A DNA stretch of 63,744 bases, the filler included, from Hausera hauseri (taxonomy: Eukaryota): assembly GCA_046269625.1 (NCBI GenBank). It is 11 parts of 11 records of this genome, joined end to end, with 100 filler letters (N's around TTAATTAATTAA, not from the genome) between each part and the next. Parts side by side here need not be neighbours in the genome. Positions count along the whole stretch, not along the records: positions 1 to 11,449 come from JBJURY010103320.1; positions 11,550 to 15,533 come from JBJURY010839525.1; 9 more parts are not named here. One strand, given 5' to 3'. Both the position numbers and the translations under genes were made by a program. This document shows positions 1 through 12,278 of this stretch, piece after piece; the first letter of the stretch is position 1; every line of letters starts with the position of its first letter. Below the pieces are notes generated by a model. That model did no database searches. It saw only the letters and a program-made list of their open reading frames with translations, and had not been told where the DNA came from.

Positions 1-338
1 GACTTTCCGAAATTTAATGTCGCGGTTTCGTTCTTTTCTGATCACCATGTACATTAGTACAATCTGGTTGCCGATGACCGAAACAGCCATAAAGCCGACT
101 TCGTTCAATTGAAGAAAATAGTGATTTTTTAGTTAATATAGAAGTAAATTTTACTATCATCATGATTAACTATCATGAAGCTATCAAATATGGCAATAAT
201 GAACAGAAACATGGAAAATATATAATCAAACTTATTTAAACGTAAAAATTATTGTTCGATAAAAATTCTGTTTATCATAAGTATTATTCGATAAAAAAAT
301 TGAAGTTTACCAATGAATTCCATTAATAATAATTCTAG

Positions 339-2104
339 GATCAAAAAAACCGGTAGTGTACTTGCAACATGGATTGCTTGATTCGTCATTTACATGGGTA
401 AACAATCCACCAACTAAAAGTCTGGCATACATATTAGCTGACAATGGCTTCGATGTTTGGCTTGGTAACAGTCGTGGAAATGGTTATTCAACTGGACATA
501 CAACTTTGTGGAAATATGACGTGCGATATTGGGACTTTTCGTGGGATGATATGGTGAAATATGATTTGGATGCCTCAATCAATTACATTATTCAAAGAAC
601 GGGCGTAACAAAACTCAGCTATGTTGGCCATTCTCAAGTAAGAATGATTAATTGGAATATGTTCTTTTTCATTAATTAGTTTTGACCAATTTATTTATTA
701 GAAATTATTTAATTTTATTTCTCACTTTGATATTCGATCAAATTACATTTTCATAAAAAATTATTTTACACCTTAAAGAACTTTTCGAAACTACTACAGC
801 ATAAAATTTTTCAACATTTGCATAATTATAATTTGAGATAGAATCACAGAAACATTGAAAATTAGTCCATGAAAATCCAACTAGGAGTGATTAATTAAAT
901 GTTTGACATTAACTTATTTATAAAAATGATCTCATTGGCTACTGTCCTCACCCGCTTTACTACTCCTTCAGTATGTAATAAATGACTAATAAGTGATGTT
1001 TGTTTAATTATTTCTAAACCTTGTATTTTTTGTTGGATACTTGCGTTGGTTTTTACTTGGAGTTTCTATTAACAACTAAGGTGGACTAATTAATGAGAGT
1101 GTGTAAACTCTAGTTATACGAAAGGAGTTTAAAAGTAATATTGAGTCTATTACAATTGCGATAGAACGCATGCACGGTAAATAACCACTATCCCATACCG
1201 CAATAAATTGTGGCATTTGAAACACGGATAAAACTCAAAAGATATGGCATACATAATCTCCTAGAAAGTACATTTTTGACATTTTAAGTAGTGAAATTTT
1301 ATGCTTAAGTTTTTGACATTATATTTAGGGTACGGAAATAGCATTTGCAAAACTAGGACAAAATGGCGATTTCAATTCGAAAATATCATCGTTCGTTGCT
1401 TTGGCTCCAGTAATATATCTGGGTCATTTGAAAACACTCATTAAATATCTTTCATATATGGATACCGAATTAGGGGCTTTATTTGGAATTTTAGGGGCAG
1501 GTAGATTCGATCTGCCGAAAGAAATCATGCAAACGGTTGCACAAACATGTGCAAACCAATACAGCTCCATTTTATGTGAGAATGCTTTTTTCCTTATTAT
1601 GGGACCTAATCCTGAAAATCTGAATAAGGTAAGTAACGTTCACGTGATGGGAGAAAAACGCTATATTTCCTTTAGAGTCGTTTGGACGTCTACGTGGCTC
1701 ACGTTCCTGCTGCAACATCGGTGAAGAATGTGGTACATTATTCCCAGGTTTAACGTGCAATTGTTTAATTTTGTAATGAAAATGTCACGATTTAGTCGTA
1801 TAAAAGTAACAAATTTCAATATTTTGACTACGGAATGATGGAAAATATGGTGAAATATGGACAATGGACTCCACCAAAATATAACGTGAATACATATGGT
1901 GTTCCTGTTGCAATGTTTTATGGAGGAAATGATTATTTGGCCACACCTGAGGATGTGAGAGCTGCAATAGTCGAACTTGGTGACAATGTGAAATTTGTCA
2001 AATACATGGCAAATTACAATCATATCGATTTTGTTTGGGGCATGGAGGCAGATAAAGATATATTTTTACCGCTGATTAATTTTATACAAAAGTATCAGAG
2101 TTGA
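339..2104 (+). CDS. Lysosomal acid/gastric lipase family protein, 5'-partial; exons 339-637, 1329-1628, 1676-1747, 1796-2104
   Basis: PVVYLQHGLLDSS, LADNGFDVWLGNSRGN, nucleophile motif GHSQ|G split by a GT-AG intron (638-1328), catalytic Asp (NDYLA) and His (NHIDFVWG). GT-AG introns 1629-1675 and 1748-1795 restore an open frame to the stop at 2104. Confidence 0.93.
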
Positions 2105-2764
2105 AACATTGGTACCATATGGAGAAGGAACTGTAATTGAAATATATTTGTTTCTAACAAATACAGTTTTGTAGTTACTATTTTTCTTTTTTATAAAAAA
2201 AATAATTTTATGTATTTTTAAAGAACTGTGCTCCATATGTAGAATTATGGCATAACTTCCTTGTTCAATCTTTTTTTCTGCAAACGTATTCATGAAATCT
2301 GTTACCGAATTTCTATGCAAATGACGAGCAATTCAAAATTTTATTTTAAATTGTATTTTGATAATTGCAGAATAACCAGATTTTCGAATTCAACTTTTTC
2401 GAGTTAGCGAAAGTTTGTGTGCATATTTAAAATGCGTGTGTGTGTTTTTTTCTAATGTTTGTGTGTAACTTAACGTGTTGGGATGTATGAAGACATTCAA
2501 AAAGCAGATATGCCATTTTATAAGTGTAAGTTTTCACTATTATCAAATGATTCGAACTGCAAACAATACGGAAAAAATGTTGCAAACAGAAGACAACAAC
2601 CTGTTGCAGCCCACCCCGGACATAAAAGGTAACAACATTCCATTTTGTGCATCGTAGGAACCAAAGGGGGATTTATACAAGTACCGGGATTTACCCTCAC
2701 CAAAAAATTCTGAACGATGCCAAAAACGATAAAAACCTGAAAGTTCAACCATCTTTATTTATCA

Positions 2765-3130
2765 TTATATTGACAACTTTTGCTTACTATGAGTGTTTCG
2801 ACTACTGTTTGAAGGTTCTCGATAATTGAATGTTGGTTTATAGTTTATTTTTACGTCATTATCAACACCCAGATTGTAGTTAAATTCTTCTTGGGATGCT
2901 ACGTTGTTTAATAATGTTTTCCTAATAAAATTATTGTCAATCAAAACGTTTTCTGGTCCTGCCAAATTGGCAAAATGAGATCCGTTGTGACAGATTGCTT
3001 CAAAAAACGCGTGTTGTGTTTTTCAAGGCGCAGAGATATATTCAAACGTCGCATGAAAATAGATTATTTCAACAAAACAACGATGGGTAATTCATCACCG
3101 GGAATCGTCATCGGTGGTTGGGGATCAATA
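2765..3130 (-). pseudogene. DUF4139-family protein fragment (C. elegans F37C4.5-like), decayed
   Basis: Minus-strand translation TIPGD...ATFEYISAP*KTQHAFFEAICHNGSHFANLAGPENVLIDNNFIRKTLLNNVASQEEFNYNLGVDNDVKINYKP matches the recalled DUF4139 pattern (LLAGPxNVFxD..F..KT...V...EEF...LGVD..VK..Y); contains internal stops. Confidence 0.7.
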
Positions 3131-3429
3131 AAATTAACTGTTTGAGAATCTTGGCTACTATTTACTGCTTTGATTGAAATGGTTCCGTCAAAATAGGTGA
3201 AATTTGGTAAACTTCTTTTACTGGCGACTTTAAAATTTCATATTCTTTTATTGGAAGTGTCGTCTGAAAAGCATGAATTATTGGCTTCATCCGTCGTGAT
3301 TTTCGATTGGTTTACTCTATCGTCTTTTGCATTAAATGATAAAGCCTTTGTCATTCGTTTTGCTTTATTGATCTTTTGAGGTCTTTGAATATTAGTCTGA
3401 CGATCATATCATTTTCTTTATTTGTTTTT

Positions 3430-3535
3430 AAAAGGTGACCAGTCGACCGCCAACAAAACAGGAATTGGCAGGCAGAGGCAGGGGCGAATGGCACACTGGT
3501 CCAGTGATGGTGGCACCCGTAAACACGGAACCACA
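3430..3535 (-). mobile_element. GC-rich LTR-like fragment truncating the Penelope RT
   Basis: Starts TGTGGTTCC on the minus strand, like the LTR starts at 21606 and 58795 (TGTGGTGCC); abrupt GC jump exactly where the Penelope frame breaks (PPKLY|). Confidence 0.45.
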
Positions 3536-3800
3536 ATATAGTTTAGGTGGTTGACTCATACTGAACCATAAATCTTTTACAACATCCCATATTATTTGAC
3601 CAGACTGAAATAAGGCTTTTAGTAAGGAGTGTAATCTTTTGTCCTCTTTCACTGCTATAGGTTCAGCATTTCGATGTACTTTTATTTCTCGAAATTCTTC
3701 ACTAGTGATGACCTTAGTTAATTTATTTATGTAATCTGACTTATTCATGACGACGAGACCATTACACAAAGAGATGGTTTCATCGGATGTCAAAATGTCA
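3536..3800 (-). mobile_element. Penelope-like element reverse transcriptase, N-terminal fragment
   Basis: NGLVVMNKSDYINKL...LKALFQSGQI....KDL...SQPPKLY corresponds to the PLE DKG-VVMDK.DY and P.LYGLPK region. Confidence 0.75.
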
Positions 3801-4289
3801 ACCTTCGTCTACGTAAGGATGAACCTTGGTATAATTTTGAGTTCAAAACACTTACGAAGAAAGCGCACGTCTGAATTTTCTTAAGATATTTCNNNNNNNN
3901 NNGTATGCTTTCAAACAGATTCTGGAAATTCTAATATTTCCATATTTATAAATTAGTTACTGGAGGAACAATAGCACATTTCTTATAAATAAAGTGGAAC
4001 ACCATGGTGATGGTTCAAAATGAACATGTGCGACTACTAATTTACCCTCAATCTTCCCAGGTATTATTATTTCAGTATGGGATGGTATTATAACATCTCA
4101 TATTAACAAGACGTATCATTTGTGCTGTTCTTTCTTGAACATTTTAAACTGATCCATTTTAAAGTCGATATGAGCATCTTTTTATTGACTTAATATGTCA
4201 CATTCTATTAATATTGCGTTTATTAGATTTTCAGCTACTCTAACACTATGATTTATTACACCGCTATTCATGAAAATTGATGTTTGCAA

Positions 4290-5020
4290 AAGAAGATCCT
4301 TTGCTAGACAATTTTATGTGCTGAAAACGAATATGAAATCAGATTTTAGCTATCACGTCAGAATTAGGAAAAAGTAGTAGTTTTGATACCTAAGTTTATA
4401 AAGGGGCATTTTGTTCATTATTAATGTATTGATTATAAAACTTTACCTCAATCTCAATTTTATCTTAATTTTATCTTAATGTTTCAGTTTTCTGTAACAT
4501 GTCTCTGTAAACCATAAATGTATGATTTTATGTATGATTGTTGTATTTAATGTATGCTGTATATTGTAGATTTTATGACATGGTTGCAATGAGAGATAAT
4601 AGAAGTTTTTCGACAGGAGACTATGTAAAACCAGTCCGGATCCACTTTTATGTATGTAGTACTTTTATTGTAAAGAAACAAAGATAGAACATAACAGGGA
4701 CTGTAGGCAAACTCTATCGTGATTACTTCAACATCAAACTTGGCGACCAAGACAAAGTTTTGGCACCATATGGTGTTTGTCGTATATGTGTCAAAGCGTT
4801 CCATAACTGCAAAAAAGGAAATAAAACCTCATTAACCTTTGGTATTTCAGTGGTATGGAAAGAACACAAGAACAATCTTGATAATTGTTATTTTTGTGCC
4901 GTTGATACATCCGGCTATAACACAAAGAACAAGAAGACCATTTATTACCCGTCACTATCGTCTGCAATAAAGCCAGTTGCTCACAGTGCAAATCTTCATT
5001 TTCCTAATCCTGGAAGGAAA
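4290..5020 (+). mobile_element. Chapaev3-like (CMC) DNA transposon 5' portion: subterminal sequence plus decayed transposase zinc-finger domain
   Basis: SPD..YVC...YRDYFNIKLGDQDKVLAPYGVCRIC...FGISVVWKEHKNNLDNCYFCAV...YPSLSSAIKPVAHS, the Chapa-type Zn finger; contains a frameshift and a stop. Confidence 0.7.
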
Positions 5021-5831
5021 ATGACATTTCAAGAGATTACAGTGATGTTGAGAAGAAAATTCCTGAATCAACCAGAGTAGGTAGAAGTGAGCTCTCCACC
5101 GCACTTCTTTGGCTGGTCGGCCGACCAGTTTTCCCCACCTGATTGCCTATTCTGAACATTTCACTAAAACATTGTAAAGACCCCCCCCAGGAAATGAGGT
5201 CGAGCAAAGAGGTTCGGACCAGATGATATTGATAGCGCATGACGAGGTGAGCAAAAGTTAACGGAAGTGCGGCTTACAGAAATGTAGGGGAGAGGCGCTA
5301 GAAGATGAAGAAGCAAAACAGGAAATGCTCCACATGTAACGCGAAGCATGTAGCACGCACTCAGAAAATGTGTACAAGGGGTAAATCGATATTAGCAATT
5401 GCAATGGACACTTTTGCAATTCGGTCAGTCCATGGGAACATGGAGAAAAATCGGTGGAAAAATTTCAAATTGGTAACGTTTCCCCATGTTCAAGTCTGTT
5501 GGTGATCGAAAGTGGTCAATTACATTGCCCATAAGTTTGGGAAAATTTCATATTATAGCTGCCTCACGATCAGATCAATGGATCGGGCTGAAAAATGCAA
5601 TCGAACGAACGAAAAAAACGCATTGTTAACGAGCCAAAATAATCATCGTTGTAAATGCGTTCGTTTTGTAAAAAGTCGTGAGAATTATATTTTGTACGAC
5701 GACGATGACGAGCTCATAATTGAGTACTACTACTCACAAGGAAAATGCTTGTTATCAAAAGTCACATATCATATTATTTCTCATGACTTGTTTGCAAAAA
5801 ACAACAACAGCAATAAAATAATACATATATT

Positions 5832-6100
5832 TTACAAAAGTGATTGTAATGTAAGCCACAATAAGTAGTAATGTCCACACAGTATAGTCATTGGATGTTG
5901 ATAATGAAGTCTATTATATTCAACACGGTATGATGATAGTGATTGTCTTTCAATGTGAGAAGCTAACAATGACGGATAGTAAAATCCGAGCGGATCCAAT
6001 ACTCTGACGACGGTCGGATGGACATACACAGCAATCCAATGTTCGCCCTGCAACGATCAAGTATGTGTGTTGACAATGGAAAACTGAATCACGATAAATG
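5832..6100 (-). pseudogene. Polinton adenain-like cysteine maturation protease
   Basis: SIVNTHT*SLQGEHWIAVY (His), VLDPLG (Asp), YQHPMTILCGHY (Gln/Cys); internal stop. Confidence 0.85.
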
Positions 6101-6715
6101 ACACATAATGTGATACAGATTGCTAGCACACTAGGTTGCATGCACACAACATTAAAATTAATAGACGAATTGAATGATCCGACAGTGATATGATATTTGA
6201 CAACACACAAACGCAGTGATATATATGTACTTAGTAGATTGATTCTAAGTTATTTGTATTTCGATCAGTGGGCAGTAACAACGTAAGTTTATATATATTA
6301 TATAATAATGATTATTATTGTTGTTTTATATATTTTATAATAATTTTTCTTTCTTGCACATTTATTTTACACTATTATTCATATTTTTCACAATACTATA
6401 ATATTTTATGTAACTGTTTTTTGTATCAGTCATGTGTATAGACACTGATAAATCGACATATACCATTAACGATTGGTAAATTTGGTATTGCGAATATGTA
6501 CCGATTAAATATTCTCTGATAGATCAGAACAATCCACCCTCTCTCGGTGTGTATATGTCGTAGAATTATTGATTATCAGCTGTTTTATATAACTTTACCC
6601 ATGATCACTTTTCTTGTTCTTGATAATTAAAATAGCCAAAACGACTATATCTTTATTCATTTAATGTTTTTTGAAATACAGAAGGACAATCAAGTCCATA
6701 TAAAACTTTTATTTT

Positions 6716-7267
6716 CTATTTATGTGGTACAACTAAATTTGAGTTTAATAAAAAATTAGGATCAACACCACACAAACCACACACATTAACCAATTCCGTA
6801 GGAAAATGAACGAGTCCATCGGAATTAGTTACATTGAAATGTTGCTTAAAGCAAATCTGATCCGCCGATTGCCACATAGGAACGTAATCCACCATCGTCT
6901 GGTCGTTTTGGACAAAATCATCCACAAACTGCATTTGACGTGGAATGTTGGCACACAGTGCATAAGTATCCGCCAATTTCTGCCATGTGCGAAAAATCTG
7001 ACCGAATATCATGTCAATGTCACCAATAACCTGCTTCATATGTCGTTGATAAGGTTCTCGTACCCTCCAATTCTCCTCAGCATGCAGAAATCTCTTCGGG
7101 CGAACAGTATCGCACATCATGTAAAGGTCGATCAAGATTGTAAAGGTGACTCCGGACACAGTCGAAGGAGTGATACAAACGAATGAGATCTGATAAATGA
7201 GACATGTCATAATGTCATGCCGTAACGATGCACAAGTATTTATAATGAAATGTAACAACAAAGACAT
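6716..7267 (-). CDS. Hypothetical 183-aa protein within the Polinton segment
   Basis: Uninterrupted ORF between the protease and pPolB, same strand as the protease; no recognisable motif apart from a C-terminal CxxC. Confidence 0.4.
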   Translation of the reverse strand: MSLLLHFIINTCASLRHDIMTCLIYQISFVCITPSTVSGVTFTILIDLYMMCDTVRPKRFLHAEENWRVREPYQRHMKQVIGDIDMIFGQIFRTWQKLADTYALCANIPRQMQFVDDFVQNDQTMVDYVPMWQSADQICFKQHFNVTNSDGLVHFPTELVNVCGLCGVDPNFLLNSNLVVPHK

Positions 7268-8086
7268 TCAAAATAAATTACATTGATTCACGAAAACAAA
7301 CGCAACAAAATATGTACAAATGTGATTAAATACGGTCAATCACCTTTTCATTACAATACAAAGCGAAGCAGAAAATACAAGTCTAATGATGAAATCCGTC
7401 ATTGTTGTTGCCATTTTCGTCTTATTTCGTCTTCGGTACGTGTTACGAAGAGAGATCTGACTATTAATTCAATATATTCTCGCCTGCTTATTATTCTCGT
7501 TTTTGTGAGTTCACATAAAAACTACATCAAACACATGTCCATTTGAGTATTATTATTATTAGTAGTAGTATGGGGAACAAATGTTTATAATAGAGTAAGA
7601 CAATTTCACAGACCATCGTGGTTGTGTTTAATATTTAATTTTACAAGTATATGTATTTTAATTTATTTTATTTATAGTTTTAATNNNNNNNNNNGTTCAT
7701 AACAGAGTGAGGCAATTTGGGTTGTGTGTAATGTTTAATTTTATGAATATGTATTTTAATTTATTTTATTTATAATTTTAATCTATTTTAAATGTTAATT
7801 TATTTAAATTTAGAAATATAAGCAATATCCCACGTATTTCGTCTCGCACATACATGTGGAGGATCAGTGCCATCAACAGGTGGCGAAGTATTACACAACT
7901 GGCACGGACACGTATGTGTCTAACGCGTGCTATTCCAACCCGCTGTACGTACACTGATTTTTATGAGGTGCCCAAGCATCATTTCGGACCGTTTACTCGG
8001 TGTATGAATATGATGGTTGAGCATTGCTCCACATACCCACACTACTGCAGTAATAAAGTGCACAACGTAGTGGTTATCATAGTACA

Positions 8087-11000
8087 ATGGAGCAGTACTA
8101 TGGCGCCACAACGGTGCACGTTAAACGGGCCTACGTTTGTCCCGGTTGTTCGATAGTTGCTGAAATCAACTATGAACAATTTTATAATCATCACAAAGAC
8201 CACTTGAACCAGTTTCAGCGGTCCAAAAAGGAAATAGTGATGGCGACGAGAAAAACCAGTATCCCCTCAACAAGCAGGAAACGTCAGGCCTCAACAAGTC
8301 TTGACGAATACATCCGAAACAGTACCGAACAACAGCAGCAGATGCAACAGCAGGAATCTTCCATTACTGTGAAGTACGATCTAAACAAATCGTACGTGGA
8401 CATGAAAGTAAACATGTCGGGGACAACAACACTACAGCTGAGACATGTTCCGTCCGGTGTGCGCAGCCGGTTGGAATTAGTGTGGAGAAATTCCAACACC
8501 AACACTGCCAAGTGCAATATTATGCACATGCAGAATTTGAAAACGTTGAAGGTGACAGGAAACAATGCTACCTGTCACATCGAGTTGTACCATATTCGGA
8601 AAACTTTATCGACAATGTAGGCGAAAAGTTGGATGAGAAAATCGCCAACTACACCGAAAAGCGTAATGGCTGGCGAATTATACTAATTGCCACTCTCGGC
8701 TTTATCATAACAAAGTCGCGTGACGTGGTATATTTGTCTGGATGGTCATTCATATCGACACCTGCATCTCTAAAGCAGTCTCTGGCAGTAGTGAATGTAC
8801 AAAATACCGACGACGAATACTGTTTTATATACAGTATTCTAGCTATATAAAATACGACGGTGGTTAGAAATCATGCAAATCGTCCAAAGCAGCATCGGCT
8901 GAATTTTTCCGAATTGGACTTTGATGAATGTTGGATGCCGATGAAACTGAAAACAATTCCGACTTTTGAACGGCGTAACCGGACACTGTCAATTAACGTG
9001 TTCCGGTACACCACAATCGTAGAAATACCAACAGACGGAGAAATACGAAACTCACACGTAGATATAATTTATCGCAGTCGGAACCCGAATGGACGCTCGG
9101 TAAATTTGTTATTGTTTGAGCAAGATAAATTTCACTACGTAGCTGTAACCAAATTGGATATACTGCTGAACATGGGTCATCACCAATTCATCAAAAAGCG
9201 TATAAATTGTAAATGGTGATCTACATGTCTGAATGGTTTCAGGTAAAAAACAAAATGGGAAAAACATGTGGCGCTATGTAGACAAAATTCATCAGGGACA
9301 ACAATGTACATCATGCCAGTCAAAGGAGCTGAGATTCAGTGACTGGTCGAAAACAGACAGTCCGGCATGTGGTATATGCCAATAGTGAGGCAATCCTACT
9401 GCGGCACAACGTATACGACCAAAAGCACATTACAATCGCCGTCGGTATGTTGGTTGTTCCAATAAAAGCCGCCCGACAACCGCAATATTACGTTTCTCAT
9501 GGATGGAACTGTATGCGCGATTTCCTGCAACAGTTGGAAACGATAGTGGAAACGGAAATCGCACCGTGGTACAGATACAATAGCAATAAGCCCTTGATAT
9601 GGACAGACGAATATGAAACGCTGCTTTTCGCTGCCACAAAATATTGCCTTTTGCTGCACAGGAACGGCTCGTACCGGACCATGATCATTTCACCGGTCGA
9701 TACCTGGGAGCAGCATGTAATTTAGCAAGGCGTATGCGGTCATTCCTGCCGGTGATCTTTCATAAATTCCGAGGTTATGATTGCCACCATATACTAAAAT
9801 GAGCCATCAACGGATTTCCGAACCGAGAACTGTCCATAATCCCAACAACAATGGAGAAATACCTGCCCCTGTCAGCACGCATAAACCGGTTACAGGTACG
9901 CTTCCTTGATTCATTCCAATTTCTCAATGAATCATTGACGAAGCTGGTAAATGTCTTGCCGTATATGCCGATAACCTCAACGCAGTTCCCCACACATTGC
10001 ACGCAGCAAAGGCATATTTCCATATGACTTTGCAACATCATATGAGTGACGCCGGACAGCAGAGGAATTACCGCCTCGATGGACAAGCAAATCGGAGAGC
10101 ACAAGAATCTTGAACAGAACTGGCCTGTAGAAACATGTTGGAGTACATGCTCCAGTATGTCAAACTGGACGTGTACTTATTAGCCGGTGTGTTGAAGGCG
10201 TTTCGACCGAAAGCGTTGGCGGAAGATAGGATGGAGCCACTCAACTTTTACTCAATACCCGGAATGAGTTGGGCATCAGCTCTGATGTCACTGGATCGGG
10301 ATATCGAGCTATTGCAATACCCGGAAATGTACCGAATGTTTGATGTTGGTATTCGTGACGGCATGACATTTGTCAACAAGCATCACGAAACCAGTGATGA
10401 TACCACATCACTGTTGTATATCGACAATAATAACCTGTACGGCTAGGCGCTGCCACAACCCTTGCCGTACGATTCATTCGAATGGGTAGTTGGCAAACAG
10501 GACCTGGACACAATACTGGAAAATCTGTCGAGAGCAGACACGGAAACAGCAGAAAACACCTCAATCGGATACCTGATGGAAGTCGATCTCGTGGTACCAG
10601 ATGAGCTGCACGGAAACAGTGGAGAATTTGAAAAAGCAGCTCAATGTACGCCTATGCAACAGCGAAAAGCGGCTAGTTACATATACCAGCAAGGCACAGT
10701 TTCGGCAGTCAATGCACATAGCCGATGGATTGGTTGCCGTGCTGTTAAACAGAGAAGTTGTTCTTGACCGACCAAGTTGCATCGGACAAGTGGTATTGGA
10801 TCTGAGCAAGTTGCGGATGTATGAGCTACAGTATCGCGATTTGGCACGTTACCGGCAAATGTTTGACGGCTGCCACATTAGTATAATTGCCAGTGACACA
10901 GACAGTTTCTTCCTGCGGCTGATAAAGTCAATCGCGAACAGCTACTGCAGCAAATGCAGTCAGATGGATTACTAGACATGTCCAACTACCCATCGGATCA

Positions 11001-11380
11001 TCCGTTGTACGGCAGCGCGATCACCAACCAAATCGCCTGCTTCATGGATGAAAGTGAAGGTAGGGTTGAGTATCGGAAATGGATATTCTTACGCCAAAAG
11101 TGCTACAGTCTTCTGACGGACTGTGGACCGAAAATGCGGGCAATGAGTCCAGCTGAGACTGATGGAAATCGACCACGATGATTATCGTCGTATATATGAA
11201 GAAGCAGCAGCAGAAGGAGGACAATCAGTGGCTGTAGTGTCTCAAACAATCATCCGATCAATTGAACACCAGCTGTACACAATAACTTGTGCGAAAGTTG
11301 CTTTGTCATGTAACAATGATAAGCGAAAGTGGGTGGGGTGAAATAAGAGTTGGGCGTATGGACATTGGCGGCTGAAATAA
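8087..11380 (+). pseudogene. Protein-primed DNA polymerase B (group 2 Polinton type), copy 1, fragmented
   Basis: EKIANYTEKRNGW, NVQNTDDEYCFIYSILA, FHKFRGYD, YVKLDVYLL, LYIDNNNLYG, ASDTDSF, FLRQKCYS and C-terminal IRSIEHQLYT..KVALS.NNDKR..AYGHWR; many stops and frameshifts plus an internal deletion. Confidence 0.92.
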
Positions 11381-11449
11381 ACGCACGTCCAAACAATCGG
11401 TGCTCTGTCGGTTTAGTTCAGTTCAGTTACTGTGTCAATCATTGAAAGA

Positions 11450-11549
11450 NNNNNNNNNNNNNNNNNNNNNNNNNNNNNNNNNNNNNNNNNNNNTTAATTA
11501 ATTAANNNNNNNNNNNNNNNNNNNNNNNNNNNNNNNNNNNNNNNNNNNN
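11450..11549. other. Artificial contig-joining linker (N44-TTAATTAATTAA-N44); also at 15534-15633, 20399-20498, 25295-25394, 30305-30404, 35605-35704, 39739-39838, 44110-44209, 51964-52063, 56239-56338
   Basis: Identical 100-nt spacer with a six-frame-stop core repeated ten times. Confidence 0.98.
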
Positions 11550-11780
11550 TTTTTTAAGTACGGTTCTTGATATGTTAGGATCAGTTATCAAGCAATTTAC
11601 TATGATTTGATTTGACTTGTGATTTCAAGTAACAAAAACAATTTGACATTCGAGAACGGTTTTGTTTTCAATTTGATTTAACAAAAAATCGACTAAGCTT
11701 TACATTGATTGAAGTAAATTTTATATTTTCATCACTTTCACTTCTCCTCGTTTTGTTGAACCCCTGAGTGATGGGTGTCA

Positions 11781-12278
11781 CCTCTTCACTGTTGTCTGTA
11801 TGTAAATGTAATAATGCGGCAATAACAAATTAATTATTAAAATGTCATTTGGCAATAAACAAATTAATGACAAAAGAAACAATTTAGGAAGTTCAAAGTT
11901 CATTATCAAAATATACGATTTAGAGTTTCAAAATACATTATCAAACATGCGAAATTGAATTTGACAAATTAGATTAAAAGATTAGCGTCAAAAATTAGAA
12001 ATTATTAATGTCGGTAGCAAATTGATTTTGAAATATCAAGAATTAGTGTCAAAATATAAGTTGGATTAGTGTCAGAATTTTGACAATCGAATGCATTGTA
12101 TTTTTAAAATTGAACTATGCGATGGATGATTAGTGTTAGAATTTTAACAATCAATTATGAAATTGAACTGCGTAATTGGTATTAACTCACGCTTGAAAAA
12201 CCGATATAAAAGAGAGCTGAAAAGTGAACAACACACACGATATAACAGAAAATTTATCAACATTTATACACTGGTACG
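11781..12278 (+). mobile_element. Possible LTR: TG start, tandem ATTAGTGTCAGAAT repeats, TATA box, CA followed by TGGT
   Basis: Degenerate repeats at 11981, 12042, 12065 and 12129; TATAAAA at 12205; ...ATACAC-TGGTAC at about 12265-12276. No matching second LTR in the contig. Confidence 0.35.

Larger units (their letters stand above)
5832..11380. mobile_element. Decayed Polinton/Maverick (adintovirus-like) segment: protease, orphan ORFs, pPolB
   Basis: Adenain-type protease and protein-primed PolB on one contig with intronless orphan ORFs between them; two short N gaps lie in this contig, one inside the segment. Confidence 0.8.

Noticed and set aside
60-115. Hammerhead-ribozyme-like CCGATGA..GAAAC (similar TCGATGA..GAAAC near 56835)
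   Set aside because: The core lacks the CUGA consensus and I could not build stems I-III.
7550-7575. AGTAGTAGTA as a Polinton terminus
   Set aside because: It is internal to the gene cluster, continuous with an (ATT)n microsatellite, and no matching inverted end is seen.
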